A DNA stretch of 64,000 bases from assembly GCA_041671645.1 (NCBI GenBank), contig JBAZBD010000001.1, positions 173,365-237,364 on the forward strand, read 5' to 3'. This DNA comes from Patescibacteria group bacterium. GTDB lineage: Bacteria > Patescibacteriota > UBA1384 > XYA2-FULL-43-10 > 1-14-0-10-43-13. Both the position numbers and the translations under genes were made by a program. A model generated the notes under the pieces. It did no database searches. It was not told the origin of the DNA and saw only the letters and a list, made by a program, of their open reading frames with translations. Shown here one piece after another: positions 10,452-20,473 of the stretch (within the stretch, counting starts at the first letter, position 1; the number at the start of each line of letters is the position of its first letter).

Positions 10452-11855
10452 ATGAATAACAAACCAATTATTACTCGTTTCGCCCCCAGCCCTACAGGGG
10501 AACTCCATATCGGCAGTGCTAGAACTGCTCTTTTCGCATATTTGGCGGCCAAAAGCACCGGAGGCAAATTTTATTTGCGTATTGAGGACACTGATCGTAC
10601 TCGTTATGTCGAAGATTCAGACAAGAGATTGATCGAAGCGCTAGATTGGCTCAAATTGATCCCAGACAACAGAGACAAAATCGTTTTCCAATCCAAAAGG
10701 CTCGAAATTTATCGCAAATACGCGCTGGAATTAGTTGAAAAAGGCAAAGCTTACATTTGCACCTGTTCGAAGGAAAAGATCGATGCTGATCGTGCAACAC
10801 AGGAAAAATCTGGCAAATTGCCAGGTTATCTTGGACATTGTCGTGAGGCCAAGATCAAGTTGGAAGATGTCAAAGAGGGTGAATATGTCATTCGGATGAG
10901 AATGCCCAAGACTGGTAAGGTTGTGGTTCATGACTTGGTTCGAGGAGATGTTGAATTTGATTTATCACTATTCGACGATCAGATATTGCTCAAATCAGAT
11001 GGTTTCCCGACTTACCACTTGGCCTCTGTGGTCGACGATCACGAGATGGGGATTAATTCGGTTCTCCGAGCCGAAGAGTGGCTCTCCTCTACGCCAAAAC
11101 ATATTTTGATTTATGAAGCATTTGGCTGGGATCTGCCGGATTTTGGTCATTTCTCGATGATTTTGGCGCCAGACAAGAGCAAATTGTCGAAGAGACATGG
11201 CGCTGTCTCGGTCGAGCAGTTTATGAACGAAGGGTATCTCAGAGAGGCAATTATCAATTTTGTCGCGTTACTTGGCTGGAATCCCAAAACCGATCAGGAA
11301 ATATTCTCGCTCGAAGAGCTCGAGAAAGAATTCAAAATTGAAAATTTGAACAAGGCGCCGGCCGTCTTCGACATTGTGAAATTGAATAGCATAAATTCAC
11401 AATATTTAGTTAAGCTTCCTTTTGATCGGATCAAGCAAGAATTAGAACGCTTCGGCTTGGAAAAACCGACTCCCGAAATGATTGAAATTGCTCAGCGAGG
11501 CGGATTCGCGACAACAAAGAGTGCAGCCGAATACGTCCTTTCGTTGTTTGAAGAGAAGAAGTTCCCTCCTGAAATGTTAATTTTCAAACGATCCGACAAG
11601 AAAAATACTTTGTTGGCGCTTAAGCAAGTAAGCGATAAGCTCGTAAGCTTGGAAGAGTGGAGTTCAGATAAATTCCAGCAAGCTCTCCAATACACAGTGA
11701 TTGAAAACGGACTAGGTAACGGAGACGTCTTCTGGCCGATCCGTGTCGCACTTTCTGGCGAAGAAAAGTCCCCATCTCCAGTCGAGCTAGCTTTGGCCCT
11801 CGGAAAAGACGAGAGCATCAAGAGAATCCAAACGGCAATCAGGAAATTGAGTTAG
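10452..11855 (+). CDS. gltX: Glutamate--tRNA ligase
   Basis: RFAPSPTGELHIG, LRIEDTD, KLSKR. Confidence 0.97.
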   Translation: MNNKPIITRFAPSPTGELHIGSARTALFAYLAAKSTGGKFYLRIEDTDRTRYVEDSDKRLIEALDWLKLIPDNRDKIVFQSKRLEIYRKYALELVEKGKAYICTCSKEKIDADRATQEKSGKLPGYLGHCREAKIKLEDVKEGEYVIRMRMPKTGKVVVHDLVRGDVEFDLSLFDDQILLKSDGFPTYHLASVVDDHEMGINSVLRAEEWLSSTPKHILIYEAFGWDLPDFGHFSMILAPDKSKLSKRHGAVSVEQFMNEGYLREAIINFVALLGWNPKTDQEIFSLEELEKEFKIENLNKAPAVFDIVKLNSINSQYLVKLPFDRIKQELERFGLEKPTPEMIEIAQRGGFATTKSAAEYVLSLFEEKKFPPEMLIFKRSDKKNTLLALKQVSDKLVSLEEWSSDKFQQALQYTVIENGLGNGDVFWPIRVALSGEEKSPSPVELALALGKDESIKRIQTAIRKLS

Positions 11856-12592
11856 TTTATTTTCAACTTCGTTAGTTCAAATAGTTTCAAATAGATCTTT
11901 TTGTTAGTGGCTAGGAAGGCCTCGCAATATTCTCCTGCGCCAAACATTTTGGCGCGATATGTATTCAATCCCAATATTGCTTCTAGGTACGGGCGGTCTT
12001 TGAGCTGGGAAGTATGGGCCAGAACGGCCTCTTTTTTTATTTCTATCACCGAGTCGATATTGATGAGGCGATTGGCGTATATCGGTTGCCAGACACAATA
12101 TTGCCAAATTTCACCCTTAAAATTGTTTCTCGAGAGGACTTTACCAAGCATGGCAGAGACATCGTAGTGCTCGGGATGCGGATCAGTCAGCCCCGGAGAG
12201 CAGATAATATCGGGGTCAAAGCGCGATACTAGCTCGTCGAGAAGGTCTGGGACTCTTCCATCTATTTCATCGTTGCCCATGCCCCAGAAGCGTGTTTCGG
12301 CTCCAAGCAGAGCGGCAGCTTTCTCCGCTTCCTTACGCCTGACATCATTTTTGCGCTCTCTCATATAGACGATTACGGTCTTCCCGCCGTTTTTCTGATT
12401 TAGCGCGATCACCCCGCCACAGCCTAGGACATCGTCGTCGGGATGGGGCGCCAGTATGAGCAGGCGCTTGCCAGAGAACTGGTCAATAATCTCCTGTTTC
12501 AAGCTGAAACCGAGCGCTTGGCCGATCAATTGAAAACCGAAAATCTTGCGAAGATTGTTTAGACTCAACAAATAATCCATCATTTTGTTCAT
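11852..12592 (-). CDS. PIG-L family deacetylase
   Basis: LAPHPDDDVLGCGG, R..EA..AA..LG, DPHPEH. Confidence 0.9.
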   Translation of the reverse strand: MNKMMDYLLSLNNLRKIFGFQLIGQALGFSLKQEIIDQFSGKRLLILAPHPDDDVLGCGGVIALNQKNGGKTVIVYMRERKNDVRRKEAEKAAALLGAETRFWGMGNDEIDGRVPDLLDELVSRFDPDIICSPGLTDPHPEHYDVSAMLGKVLSRNNFKGEIWQYCVWQPIYANRLINIDSVIEIKKEAVLAHTSQLKDRPYLEAILGLNTYRAKMFGAGEYCEAFLATNKKIYLKLFELTKLKIN

Positions 12593-12649
12593 AGTCTGAT
12601 TATAGTACAAAAGGGAACTTGTTCCAAATTTGGAATAAGTGATACAATT

Positions 12650-13783
12650 ATGGTAATGCAAAAAGGTCGCGCAAAGGTTGTAATTGTGACAGCTGATTCT
12701 AAGGTTGGCGGAGGGTCAAGCCATATTTTGGGTTTGATCAGAAATCTAGACCGCGACAAATTTGAACTCCATTTAGTCTGCCCCTCGGGGTACCTTTCCA
12801 AATTGGCCAAGCAGATAAACTCTGTCGATGTCTACAACATCCCGATGAGCTCAAAGTTTGATTTGGAGTCAATATTTGCGCTCCGGACACGTCTTCGACA
12901 GATTCAGTCTGCTGGCAATCCTTTCACTCCGTTCCTAATCCACACTCATGGCCCCCGTGCCGGATTTTTTGCTAGTCTAGTTGCTCCGAGAATGGCAAGG
13001 AAAGTTTATACCGAGCATATTTACGATCAGAATTATCGACTTCCGAGCACGATCAATGGTTGGATTCAGAAGATGATGTTACGCAAGGTTTGCCTTGAGC
13101 AAGATTTGGTTTTGGCAGTTTCGACATCAGTTAAGAAGTTCTTGGTTAGTAACAAGTTTGCGGACGCGAATCAGGTTAAGGTCGTGCCAAACGGTCTCGA
13201 TGTAGAGGCTTGGTCAGCGCAAAAACGCAAGATTGAGCTTTCGGCAAACGCACCGATTATCGGTACACTAGGCACTTTGAACGCCCAGAAGGGGCAAAAG
13301 TTTTTGATCTCGGCTTTTAAGGAAGTTCTCAAAAAATTTGAGCATGCAACGCTAGAAATCATTGGCGATGGCCCATTATTTGAAGCCCTAAAGTCGCAAA
13401 CTAGAAGCTTAAAGATTGAGGGAAGAGTCAAATTCTTGGGAGCAAAGGAAAATCCGATTGAGTATATGCGCGATTGGAGTCTTTTCGCCTTGCCATCGAT
13501 ATCAGAAACCTTTGGCATCGCCGCCCTCGAAGCGATGGCGCTCGGCATTCCGGTCGTTGCCTCCAAAGTTGGCGGCTTGCCAGACATTATAGACAATCAG
13601 AAAAACGGGATTTTGGTGCCAGCCAAGGATGCGGAAATTCTGGCCAAGGCAATGCTAGGCGTGCTAGAACATCCAGCAGTTGCGGCCAAGCTTCGTCGCG
13701 AAGGCGAGAAGAGGGCAGCAGATTTCGATATCAAAAAAGTTGTCAGAGAAATTGAGGAAGTATATTTAAAATTAGTGGGATAA
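12650..13783 (+). CDS. Glycosyltransferase family 4 (start may be 12656)
   Basis: VVPNG, KGQKFL, PSISETFGIAALEAMALGIPVVAS.VGG. Confidence 0.93.
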   Translation: MVMQKGRAKVVIVTADSKVGGGSSHILGLIRNLDRDKFELHLVCPSGYLSKLAKQINSVDVYNIPMSSKFDLESIFALRTRLRQIQSAGNPFTPFLIHTHGPRAGFFASLVAPRMARKVYTEHIYDQNYRLPSTINGWIQKMMLRKVCLEQDLVLAVSTSVKKFLVSNKFADANQVKVVPNGLDVEAWSAQKRKIELSANAPIIGTLGTLNAQKGQKFLISAFKEVLKKFEHATLEIIGDGPLFEALKSQTRSLKIEGRVKFLGAKENPIEYMRDWSLFALPSISETFGIAALEAMALGIPVVASKVGGLPDIIDNQKNGILVPAKDAEILAKAMLGVLEHPAVAAKLRREGEKRAADFDIKKVVREIEEVYLKLVG

Positions 13784-13786
13784 CGG

Positions 13787-14092
13787 ATGGAACGAATTCT
13801 TGTAAACATTGATTCTGGCGGAGTCTCTGTGGTGGGCGTACTGGGCGACGAAGAGAAGCTGATATTGGAGAGACAAATCGATTTTGTCGGCAATTTTCAT
13901 CCATCTCGCGGGCTTCATTTCAATGACGAGGAAGCCCTGATCAGATTGCTCGAGCGGATCAGCGCAAATTATTTTGACAAAAGAATTGAGGCAAAAGCCT
14001 CGGGGATATTTGAGAAATTGGACAGAAGATTCTTCGAAGAGCTCAAACGTGAAGCTTTCAAAAGATCAAAAATAGAGTTACAATTAGCGTAA
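13787..14092 (+). CDS. Hypothetical protein
   Basis: 101-aa ORF tightly packed in an operon. Confidence 0.6.
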   Translation: MERILVNIDSGGVSVVGVLGDEEKLILERQIDFVGNFHPSRGLHFNDEEALIRLLERISANYFDKRIEAKASGIFEKLDRRFFEELKREAFKRSKIELQLA

Positions 14093-14111
14093 GAATTAAT
14101 GGGGAGGGGTT

Positions 14112-14432
14112 ATGGCCGATCAAGATGTGAAGAAAAGTCTAGACGATATCAAAGATGATCTATTTTCTGCGTTAAATATTGCCGGAGTGTCTGACTCTGA
14201 CAAGAAAGTTTTGGCTGCCAAGATGTACAGGGCGGTTGAGGACAGAGCGATTGCACGTTTCATGACTGAGGCGACAGAAGAACAAAAAGCCAAGATTGAT
14301 GAGATTGCGAAGCAAAACGATCCAAAATTGTTTGACCAATATATCGAGGACAATTACGCTAGCATCGAGCAGATCTTCCAAGAGGAAGCGCTCAAACTAA
14401 GAAGTGATCTAATCGCCAAATTCGGCAAATAG
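14112..14432 (+). CDS. Small helical hypothetical protein (resembles CPR DUF5663-type)
   Basis: Strong RBS; acidic helical 106 aa. Confidence 0.6.
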   Translation: MADQDVKKSLDDIKDDLFSALNIAGVSDSDKKVLAAKMYRAVEDRAIARFMTEATEEQKAKIDEIAKQNDPKLFDQYIEDNYASIEQIFQEEALKLRSDLIAKFGK

Positions 14433-14442
14433 GAGGGATATT

Positions 14443-17019
14443 ATGGGAGAGAGCAAAGGCGGATCTGAAAAATCATTTTGGGGCAATTTATTTGGTGGGA
14501 AAAAAGAGACTTCAGCCTTAGAGGATTCGAAAAGGTTAGCAGAGGAATTTAAAAATATTGGAACTGGGTCACCGAAAAATGAGGTTAAGCCGGTTGGTAG
14601 TTTTCTAGACATTAAATCAGATGCCACAGCTATGCCAATCGATGTTAAGCAAGAACGGAAAGAAGTTCTTGATGAGGCACTTTTGACTACTGGAGTCCCT
14701 TCAGATGTTGATGCTGAGCTGAATCAATCTGAGCGTTTCCTTTCGTCGGACGAGTTTCAGCGTTGGATTGATTCTGCCGCTTCCAGTGTCAATGGTGAGT
14801 CTGTTGGTGTCGGAGAAGAACAGATCCAGGATCAAAAAGTGAAAGAGATTACCAGCGACCCTCTCCTCGAGGTCCAGAAAAGTCCGACCGAGGCTCTGAT
14901 TAAGTTCAAGGAAGCTCTTCGGAAAAATGCCAAGAATATTGCCCGAGTGGTGTTGGCCTGTGTAATTGTGGGTCTTGGGTCTACTGTGGTGAACAAAAAT
15001 ACCGAGAATCGTCCGCCGACATCGCAGATACTGCCTCCTACATCATCCGTGATACAGCAGTCGCCTGATGATTCTGCTGGGCCTGGATTTGTGCCTGATG
15101 ATACGATTCCAAATTTCAATCAGCCTGCCGTCATGCCGGGGCTAGATGGAAAATCGCCAGCAGACGATTTCCTCTCGCAAACCAATCCACGAGATATATT
15201 CGAGCCTCAGGGTGATATGAAGGGCGCCGCCAATCCGCTTATCGGTGGTGGCGTTGATCTGGCTAAGCCTGCCGTCGGACCGGATTTAACTCAAAGAGCT
15301 CCTGGTCTAGCTGATGGTGCTAACAACGCAGATAAAACTTTAGGAGATACCGATATTGGCGCTACAACGATTACCCCACCTCCACCGGACAAAATTGAAA
15401 GAGGCGACCTGGCTCCCAAGACGTTGCTTAGTGACCCACACAATACAAATTTCAAAAATGAACATTTTCAAGATCTTGAGGCTGGCAAAGCCCATGATAT
15501 CGCGAAGGAAATTCTAGATGGCTATCTCAACAATCCTGCCAAAAACACCAAGGGCGTGACTCTCACTCCTGAGCAAAATGAGCAGGTTATTGATGCAGTG
15601 AACAAAGAGATCATTAAGCAGGGTTACGCAAACCTTGATGGTTCTATCGACAAAGACAAAGAGGCCAATGTCCGCATGTTCGACCCCATGAAAGTCGTAC
15701 CAGAAGCCATAGATACAGTTTTGGCAGGGCAGACCACGGTGTCACAATCGCCGGATATGATGAAAATACCTACCCTCAATGATATCCCGACTCCCATCGA
15801 TAATATAACTCGTAATGGATCGTTGACACCAATAGCGACGGGTGAGGTTTTCGGGCCAAAAGTCGAGCTGACAAGCGTCGATAATATCAAACCTATCGCT
15901 GATGCGGCAAATGCAGACTCGGAAATCGACAAAGGGAAAACCGAAGAAAGCACAAATCCGCTCAAAGATGTTCTGGCTAATCCCAATATTACAATCGACA
16001 AGATTGAACCCGCTCCGCCCTCTACGGCTCAGGTTATAGCCAAAATATCGGGCGAAAAGCCAGATTTGACCTCAAATGAACTTTCAAAATTGAGACCTGG
16101 GATGGACAATGCATTGCCTGCGCTAGAGGATGACTCTGCTGGCGCGGTAAGCGTAGCGCCAGCCCCTGTGACAAAATTGGAAGTGGGCGCTCCATTAATC
16201 GTCCCTGATAATTCAGAGCCTCTGGTTGACCCAAATATAGGTCGCAAGGCATTTACCGGATTATTTGGTCGTGGAGTAATGTCAGCAGAAGAAGCGGACA
16301 AGGCTGGCGCCGTCAAGTGGGTCCCAGGCCAGAAGGTCGCTCCGAAACCTCAGGGTTCGGGGATCAAATGGCCGAGTCGAAGCAGTAGCGAAGTTGTGAA
16401 ATCAGAAAATGTGGTCACTGCTGACTCTGGTGATTTTCCGGGAGATTACAAAACTTCGAAAGAATCATCCGATTTCTCTGAGCAGGCGACGAAGGAAGCC
16501 GCGCTCAAAAGTCCAGCCGAAAGAGAGAAGGCGGCCCGGACATTCTTGAGACAGTCTGAGAAACTCGTGGCCAAAAACCCTGATGCGAAAATAGCCGAAG
16601 CTCAGCTTGATGAAACAAAAATGAAGCTTCTAACTCTTACCAGCGGTACAAGCGCGGAAAATGCTCAGAAGTTTAACGCTATTTGGAATAGGATATTCGT
16701 TGTCTTGCAGGAGAAAGGTGCTGGTGCTGTTGCTGACCTTGCCAAGGATATCAAGGATCACCCAGATAGAGTGTCGCAACATTTCCCAGGACTTGTCCCA
16801 GATAGCGCAGACAAACCTGCGGTCGCGCCGACTGAAGTTGGTGCGAGTAGCCCAGACGGAGAGTGGGTGGGAGTCGAGATGACTAGAGGAAAGTTCAAAT
16901 GGGCCCCAGTCATTCTGGAATTTCTAAAGAACTGGGATTTTCGAGGCAAGTTATATATTGGGTTAAAGACGATTATTAACGCAACTGATAACTCTGCAGA
17001 AAACCTTCAAGGCAAGTAA
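14443..17019 (+). CDS. Large Pro/Asp-rich protein with one hydrophobic segment
   Basis: 858-aa ORF with RBS; VVLACVIVGLGSTVV putative transmembrane helix. Confidence 0.75.
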   Translation: MGESKGGSEKSFWGNLFGGKKETSALEDSKRLAEEFKNIGTGSPKNEVKPVGSFLDIKSDATAMPIDVKQERKEVLDEALLTTGVPSDVDAELNQSERFLSSDEFQRWIDSAASSVNGESVGVGEEQIQDQKVKEITSDPLLEVQKSPTEALIKFKEALRKNAKNIARVVLACVIVGLGSTVVNKNTENRPPTSQILPPTSSVIQQSPDDSAGPGFVPDDTIPNFNQPAVMPGLDGKSPADDFLSQTNPRDIFEPQGDMKGAANPLIGGGVDLAKPAVGPDLTQRAPGLADGANNADKTLGDTDIGATTITPPPPDKIERGDLAPKTLLSDPHNTNFKNEHFQDLEAGKAHDIAKEILDGYLNNPAKNTKGVTLTPEQNEQVIDAVNKEIIKQGYANLDGSIDKDKEANVRMFDPMKVVPEAIDTVLAGQTTVSQSPDMMKIPTLNDIPTPIDNITRNGSLTPIATGEVFGPKVELTSVDNIKPIADAANADSEIDKGKTEESTNPLKDVLANPNITIDKIEPAPPSTAQVIAKISGEKPDLTSNELSKLRPGMDNALPALEDDSAGAVSVAPAPVTKLEVGAPLIVPDNSEPLVDPNIGRKAFTGLFGRGVMSAEEADKAGAVKWVPGQKVAPKPQGSGIKWPSRSSSEVVKSENVVTADSGDFPGDYKTSKESSDFSEQATKEAALKSPAEREKAARTFLRQSEKLVAKNPDAKIAEAQLDETKMKLLTLTSGTSAENAQKFNAIWNRIFVVLQEKGAGAVADLAKDIKDHPDRVSQHFPGLVPDSADKPAVAPTEVGASSPDGEWVGVEMTRGKFKWAPVILEFLKNWDFRGKLYIGLKTIINATDNSAENLQGK

Positions 17020-17132
17020 AAACGCTAATTGATTATATGGGAAAACGGCCTCCAAGGGGTCGTTTTTTCTATTTGGAGCTTGAGAAAAAGGGCAAAACAT
17101 GATAGTCTAACTTAGAATTATTCCGATAATAA

Positions 17133-17206
17133 TCCGAGATCGTCTAGTGGCAGGACAGCAGATTCTGGATCTGCTTACCTAGGTTCGAATCCTAGTCTCG
17201 GAACCA
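17133..17206 (+). tRNA. tRNA-Gln(CTG)
   Basis: TCCGAGA/TCTCGGA acceptor stem, GCAGA-TTCTGGA-TCTGC anticodon arm, GGTTCGAATCC, encoded CCA. Confidence 0.96.
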
Positions 17207-17300
17207 AGATAAGAACGCCAAGAAATTGGTGTTTTTATTATGGCCTTGATATATTGTTTGCAAATGACTGATCTAATTAAAACTCTTTCGGGGAGGAAAA

Positions 17301-18107
17301 ATGGCAGGTGATGAGATAAAAGGCGGCGATCCCAAGGTCCAGATAGAGGCAGCTAAGTTTGCGATTCAGCAGTTTGTGAAAGATGTCGCCGAAAAAACCG
17401 GTGTTGACCCTGACAAACTAATCAGCGAAGTGAATGAATCGGGAGATTTCCAATTTCGTCAAATCGATCAAGAATTGTACGAAAAGCTGACTGATTTACA
17501 GAAAATCCTTGTCTCACTCTCGTATGGTCTCGAGGAATCGATCAGGGGCGAGGAATATCTAGCCAAGTATCCCGATCCTAGAGTACCTGAGTTTTGGCGC
17601 AGTTCAAGATTTGTCGAACATGTAGAGCCAAAGGAACCACCTAAGTATTGGGAAAAGAGCTATCCTGACGTTGAGTTCGGTAGCTATATATCGAAAGGCA
17701 CTTCGGGCATAGATTCTAGTATGGTAGCTAAATCGGGGCTGAAAATTAAGCTGGACGATAAATTAGTACTAACCAAAGAAGAACTTCAATTCGTCAAGGG
17801 TCTGGTCGGATTTGACCCCGAAATTAACGATAGAGAAAATCACGCTGTTGGCGGCAAGTCCAGAATGTATGCCAGCATGTGCCCCTACCATAAGACAAAG
17901 ATCCCTAATTTATTTGTCGAGCAAGAAAGGCTAGGGGGTACAGCATATAATAATGCCGAAGCGATCAATTTTATTGTCCATCAATACGACATTGGCGGTT
18001 ATGAAGATGGAAGTCCGATGAGCGGCACCCAAGGAGGTCCACTAAAAAAGACCGCTGACCCAAGGAGTCTATATGAAAAACCCGATTCCGATACGCCAGC
18101 GAGCTAG
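17301..18107 (+). CDS. Hypothetical protein
   Basis: 268-aa ORF with GGGGAGG RBS. Confidence 0.7.
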   Translation: MAGDEIKGGDPKVQIEAAKFAIQQFVKDVAEKTGVDPDKLISEVNESGDFQFRQIDQELYEKLTDLQKILVSLSYGLEESIRGEEYLAKYPDPRVPEFWRSSRFVEHVEPKEPPKYWEKSYPDVEFGSYISKGTSGIDSSMVAKSGLKIKLDDKLVLTKEELQFVKGLVGFDPEINDRENHAVGGKSRMYASMCPYHKTKIPNLFVEQERLGGTAYNNAEAINFIVHQYDIGGYEDGSPMSGTQGGPLKKTADPRSLYEKPDSDTPAS

Positions 18108-18312
18108 AATATCTTTATTTTAAGAACCAATATCCTGGCGCATATAGCCGTACCTAGTTAATAGTATTCTCAAGACGTCAAGCGAGGGTGATTTTTTCGT
18201 TGACAGATATGTCATTTTGTGTTAGTATTGTGTACATGTTTGGGCTCGCGGATACTTGATCTCTCGACAGTTGTCTATAGAAAATTACAGACAATTGTTC
18301 GGGAGGAGTAGT

Positions 18313-18891
18313 ATGAATCGAAAAAACGACAGCGTAATTTGCTTGTCCGCCATCGCTTTAATTGGGATTGCGGCCACGGCAATTCTGACGGTTGAGAACA
18401 GGAGATTGGCTTCGCTTCTTGAGGAAGCGGCGACCGATCATCTGACCGGTATACCCACCAGAAGACACCTGATGAGAAGTCTCAAAAGGTTGGAAATGGG
18501 CGGCGTTCGTTCTCTGCCGCTGGCAGTTCTGGTCATCGATGCCAACGGTCTCAAGGAGACCAACGATTTGCATGGTCACAAAGCGGGAGATAGACTCCTG
18601 CAGGTGATAGCAGAGATAATTATTGAAAATGTCCGCCCCAATGACATTTTCGGCCGATTGGGCGGCGATGAATTTATCATCGTTCTGCCAAATACTGATT
18701 TGGATGGTGCTGAGCTTGTAGCCAAGAGGTTGCAAACAGCTTGCGCGTCTTCCTATTTCAAGTATCCCGTATCGGTTTCGATTGGGATTGCGGTTAGGGA
18801 AGATTTATCCAAACCGATTGATAAAATCATTCATGAGGCCGACCAAGAAATGTACAAGGCGAAAGCCGCGTACAAGAAGGCTCATGTTTGA
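18313..18891 (+). CDS. Membrane-anchored GGDEF diguanylate cyclase
   Basis: TDHLTG, D.NGLK.TND.HGH..GD, RLGGDEF, ADQEMYKAK; N-terminal hydrophobic helix; RPND I-site-like RxxD. Confidence 0.93.
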   Translation: MNRKNDSVICLSAIALIGIAATAILTVENRRLASLLEEAATDHLTGIPTRRHLMRSLKRLEMGGVRSLPLAVLVIDANGLKETNDLHGHKAGDRLLQVIAEIIIENVRPNDIFGRLGGDEFIIVLPNTDLDGAELVAKRLQTACASSYFKYPVSVSIGIAVREDLSKPIDKIIHEADQEMYKAKAAYKKAHV

Positions 18892-18976
18892 ACTAAATTT
18901 ACTGGTGGCACCTCGATATATATCGGAGTGCCACATTTTATTTGTAGAAACATTTTTTTCTTATTATACTTGACTC

Positions 18977-20257
18977 ATGTGTCTCACAATTCCAGGAAAA
19001 ATTGAATCGATAGATGACGTGGGTATCGCCACCGTATTATCATCCCGCGAAAAGGCTCAGATTGACCTCTCGCTTGTTTCTGACGTTTACCCCGGTGATT
19101 GGATACTTTATGCATCAAACAGGGCTGTCAAGGCAATCTCGGAGGAAGATGCCAAGGAGATCATAGCCTTGCTCGAAGACAATTATAGCCAGGTCGACGT
19201 TAGCCGTTTGCCCCTGCAGTTCAAGAAAATTATATACAAAGTTCGCTCGGGCAATTCTGATTTGACCAAGGACGAGATAGTTTATCTTTTGAACCTCAAA
19301 GGCAAGAATAACCTCGAAACTTTGTATGCCGAAGCCAATACTCTACGCAAAGACAGGATCAAGGATTTCGTTTGCATCCATGGCATTATTGAGTTCTCAA
19401 ATTATTGCAAAAATCTCTGCCTCTATTGTGGCATCCGAAAAGGTAATAAGGTCGAGCGATATCGGATGAAACGAGAAGAGATTGTTAAAGCTGCGAGGCA
19501 GGCAGTTGACGAGGAGGGCTACAAGCTCCTGGTCCTGCAAAGTGGGGAAGACGATGAGTATTCTGATGACGATTTGATCAAAATTGTAGCGGAAATCAAG
19601 AAAGAACTGCGAGTCTTTGTCTTTCTTTCTGTCGGCGAGAGAAGTATTAATTTTTACAAAAAAGCTTATGAAGCTGGGGCGTCTGGGGCTCTGATTCGAT
19701 TCGAAACCTCGGACCCCGAATTTTATTCAGAATTACGCCCGGGCCACAAATTGGACGACCGATTAAAATTAATCAAACAGATGACGGAGCTCGGCTACTA
19801 CATGGCGACAGGCAATATCGTCGGCTTGCCAGGGCAAAGTCTTGAAAGTCTGGCAGACGATTTGCTTTTGATCAAAAAGTTAAATGCGCCAATGATCAGC
19901 TCTGGCCCGTGGCTCCCAGCCAAAGGAACGCCGCTGGTGCAAGTCGAAAGTCGAAAGTCGAAAGTCGAAAGTTTGGAAATTATGCTGAAGTATATTGCAG
20001 TTGCTAGGTTCTTGATGCCGGAGGCGAAGATTCCGGTCACGACAGCGCTTGAGACGCTTGACCCAGAGAACGGACGACACAAGGGACTTTTGGCGGGTGC
20101 CAGCGCTCTAATGTTTAGCCTGACCCCAGAGAAATATGCGGGCGATTATTCTATCTATGACAACAAATATCGCGAGCGTGAGAAGGTCTGGCAGAAATAT
20201 GGCTTGTTTAAGGGTGAAGAGAGCTACGAAATGTTGGCTGATAGGCTTAAGGTTTGA
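18977..20257 (+). CDS. HypC/HupF-like domain fused to a HydE/BioB-like radical SAM enzyme
   Basis: N-terminal MCLTIPGKI..GDWIL; GIIEFSNYCKNLCLYC (CxxxCxxC), LQSGED, RFET, YSIYDNK. Confidence 0.8.
   Translation: MCLTIPGKIESIDDVGIATVLSSREKAQIDLSLVSDVYPGDWILYASNRAVKAISEEDAKEIIALLEDNYSQVDVSRLPLQFKKIIYKVRSGNSDLTKDEIVYLLNLKGKNNLETLYAEANTLRKDRIKDFVCIHGIIEFSNYCKNLCLYCGIRKGNKVERYRMKREEIVKAARQAVDEEGYKLLVLQSGEDDEYSDDDLIKIVAEIKKELRVFVFLSVGERSINFYKKAYEAGASGALIRFETSDPEFYSELRPGHKLDDRLKLIKQMTELGYYMATGNIVGLPGQSLESLADDLLLIKKLNAPMISSGPWLPAKGTPLVQVESRKSKVESLEIMLKYIAVARFLMPEAKIPVTTALETLDPENGRHKGLLAGASALMFSLTPEKYAGDYSIYDNKYREREKVWQKYGLFKGEESYEMLADRLKV
19941..19972 (+). repeat. Intragenic heptamer tandem repeat (AAGTCGA)x4
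   Basis: Seen directly; same unit as 1887-1918 on the opposite strand; encodes VESRKSKVES. Confidence 0.9.
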
Positions 20258-20304
20258 TTTTATTATTGCCAGATGGGACTTTTTGTGCTAATATTTCTCT
20301 GTTT

Positions 20305-20379
20305 GGCGTCATCGTATAACGGTTAGTACGCCGCCCTCTCACGGCGGTAATTGGGGTTCGATTCCCCATGACGCTACCA
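20305..20379 (+). tRNA. tRNA-Glu(CTC)
   Basis: GGCGTCA/TGACGCT acceptor stem, CCGCC-CTCTCAC-GGCGG anticodon arm, GGTTCGATTCC, CCA. Confidence 0.96.
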
Positions 20380-20473
20380 AAAAACCATCAGCACAGCTGG
20401 TGTTTTTTTGTTTTTGCAATCGAATATATGCAGAGCCACGATTATTTTGTCGTCCCACTTCTTCTGAAACAGT

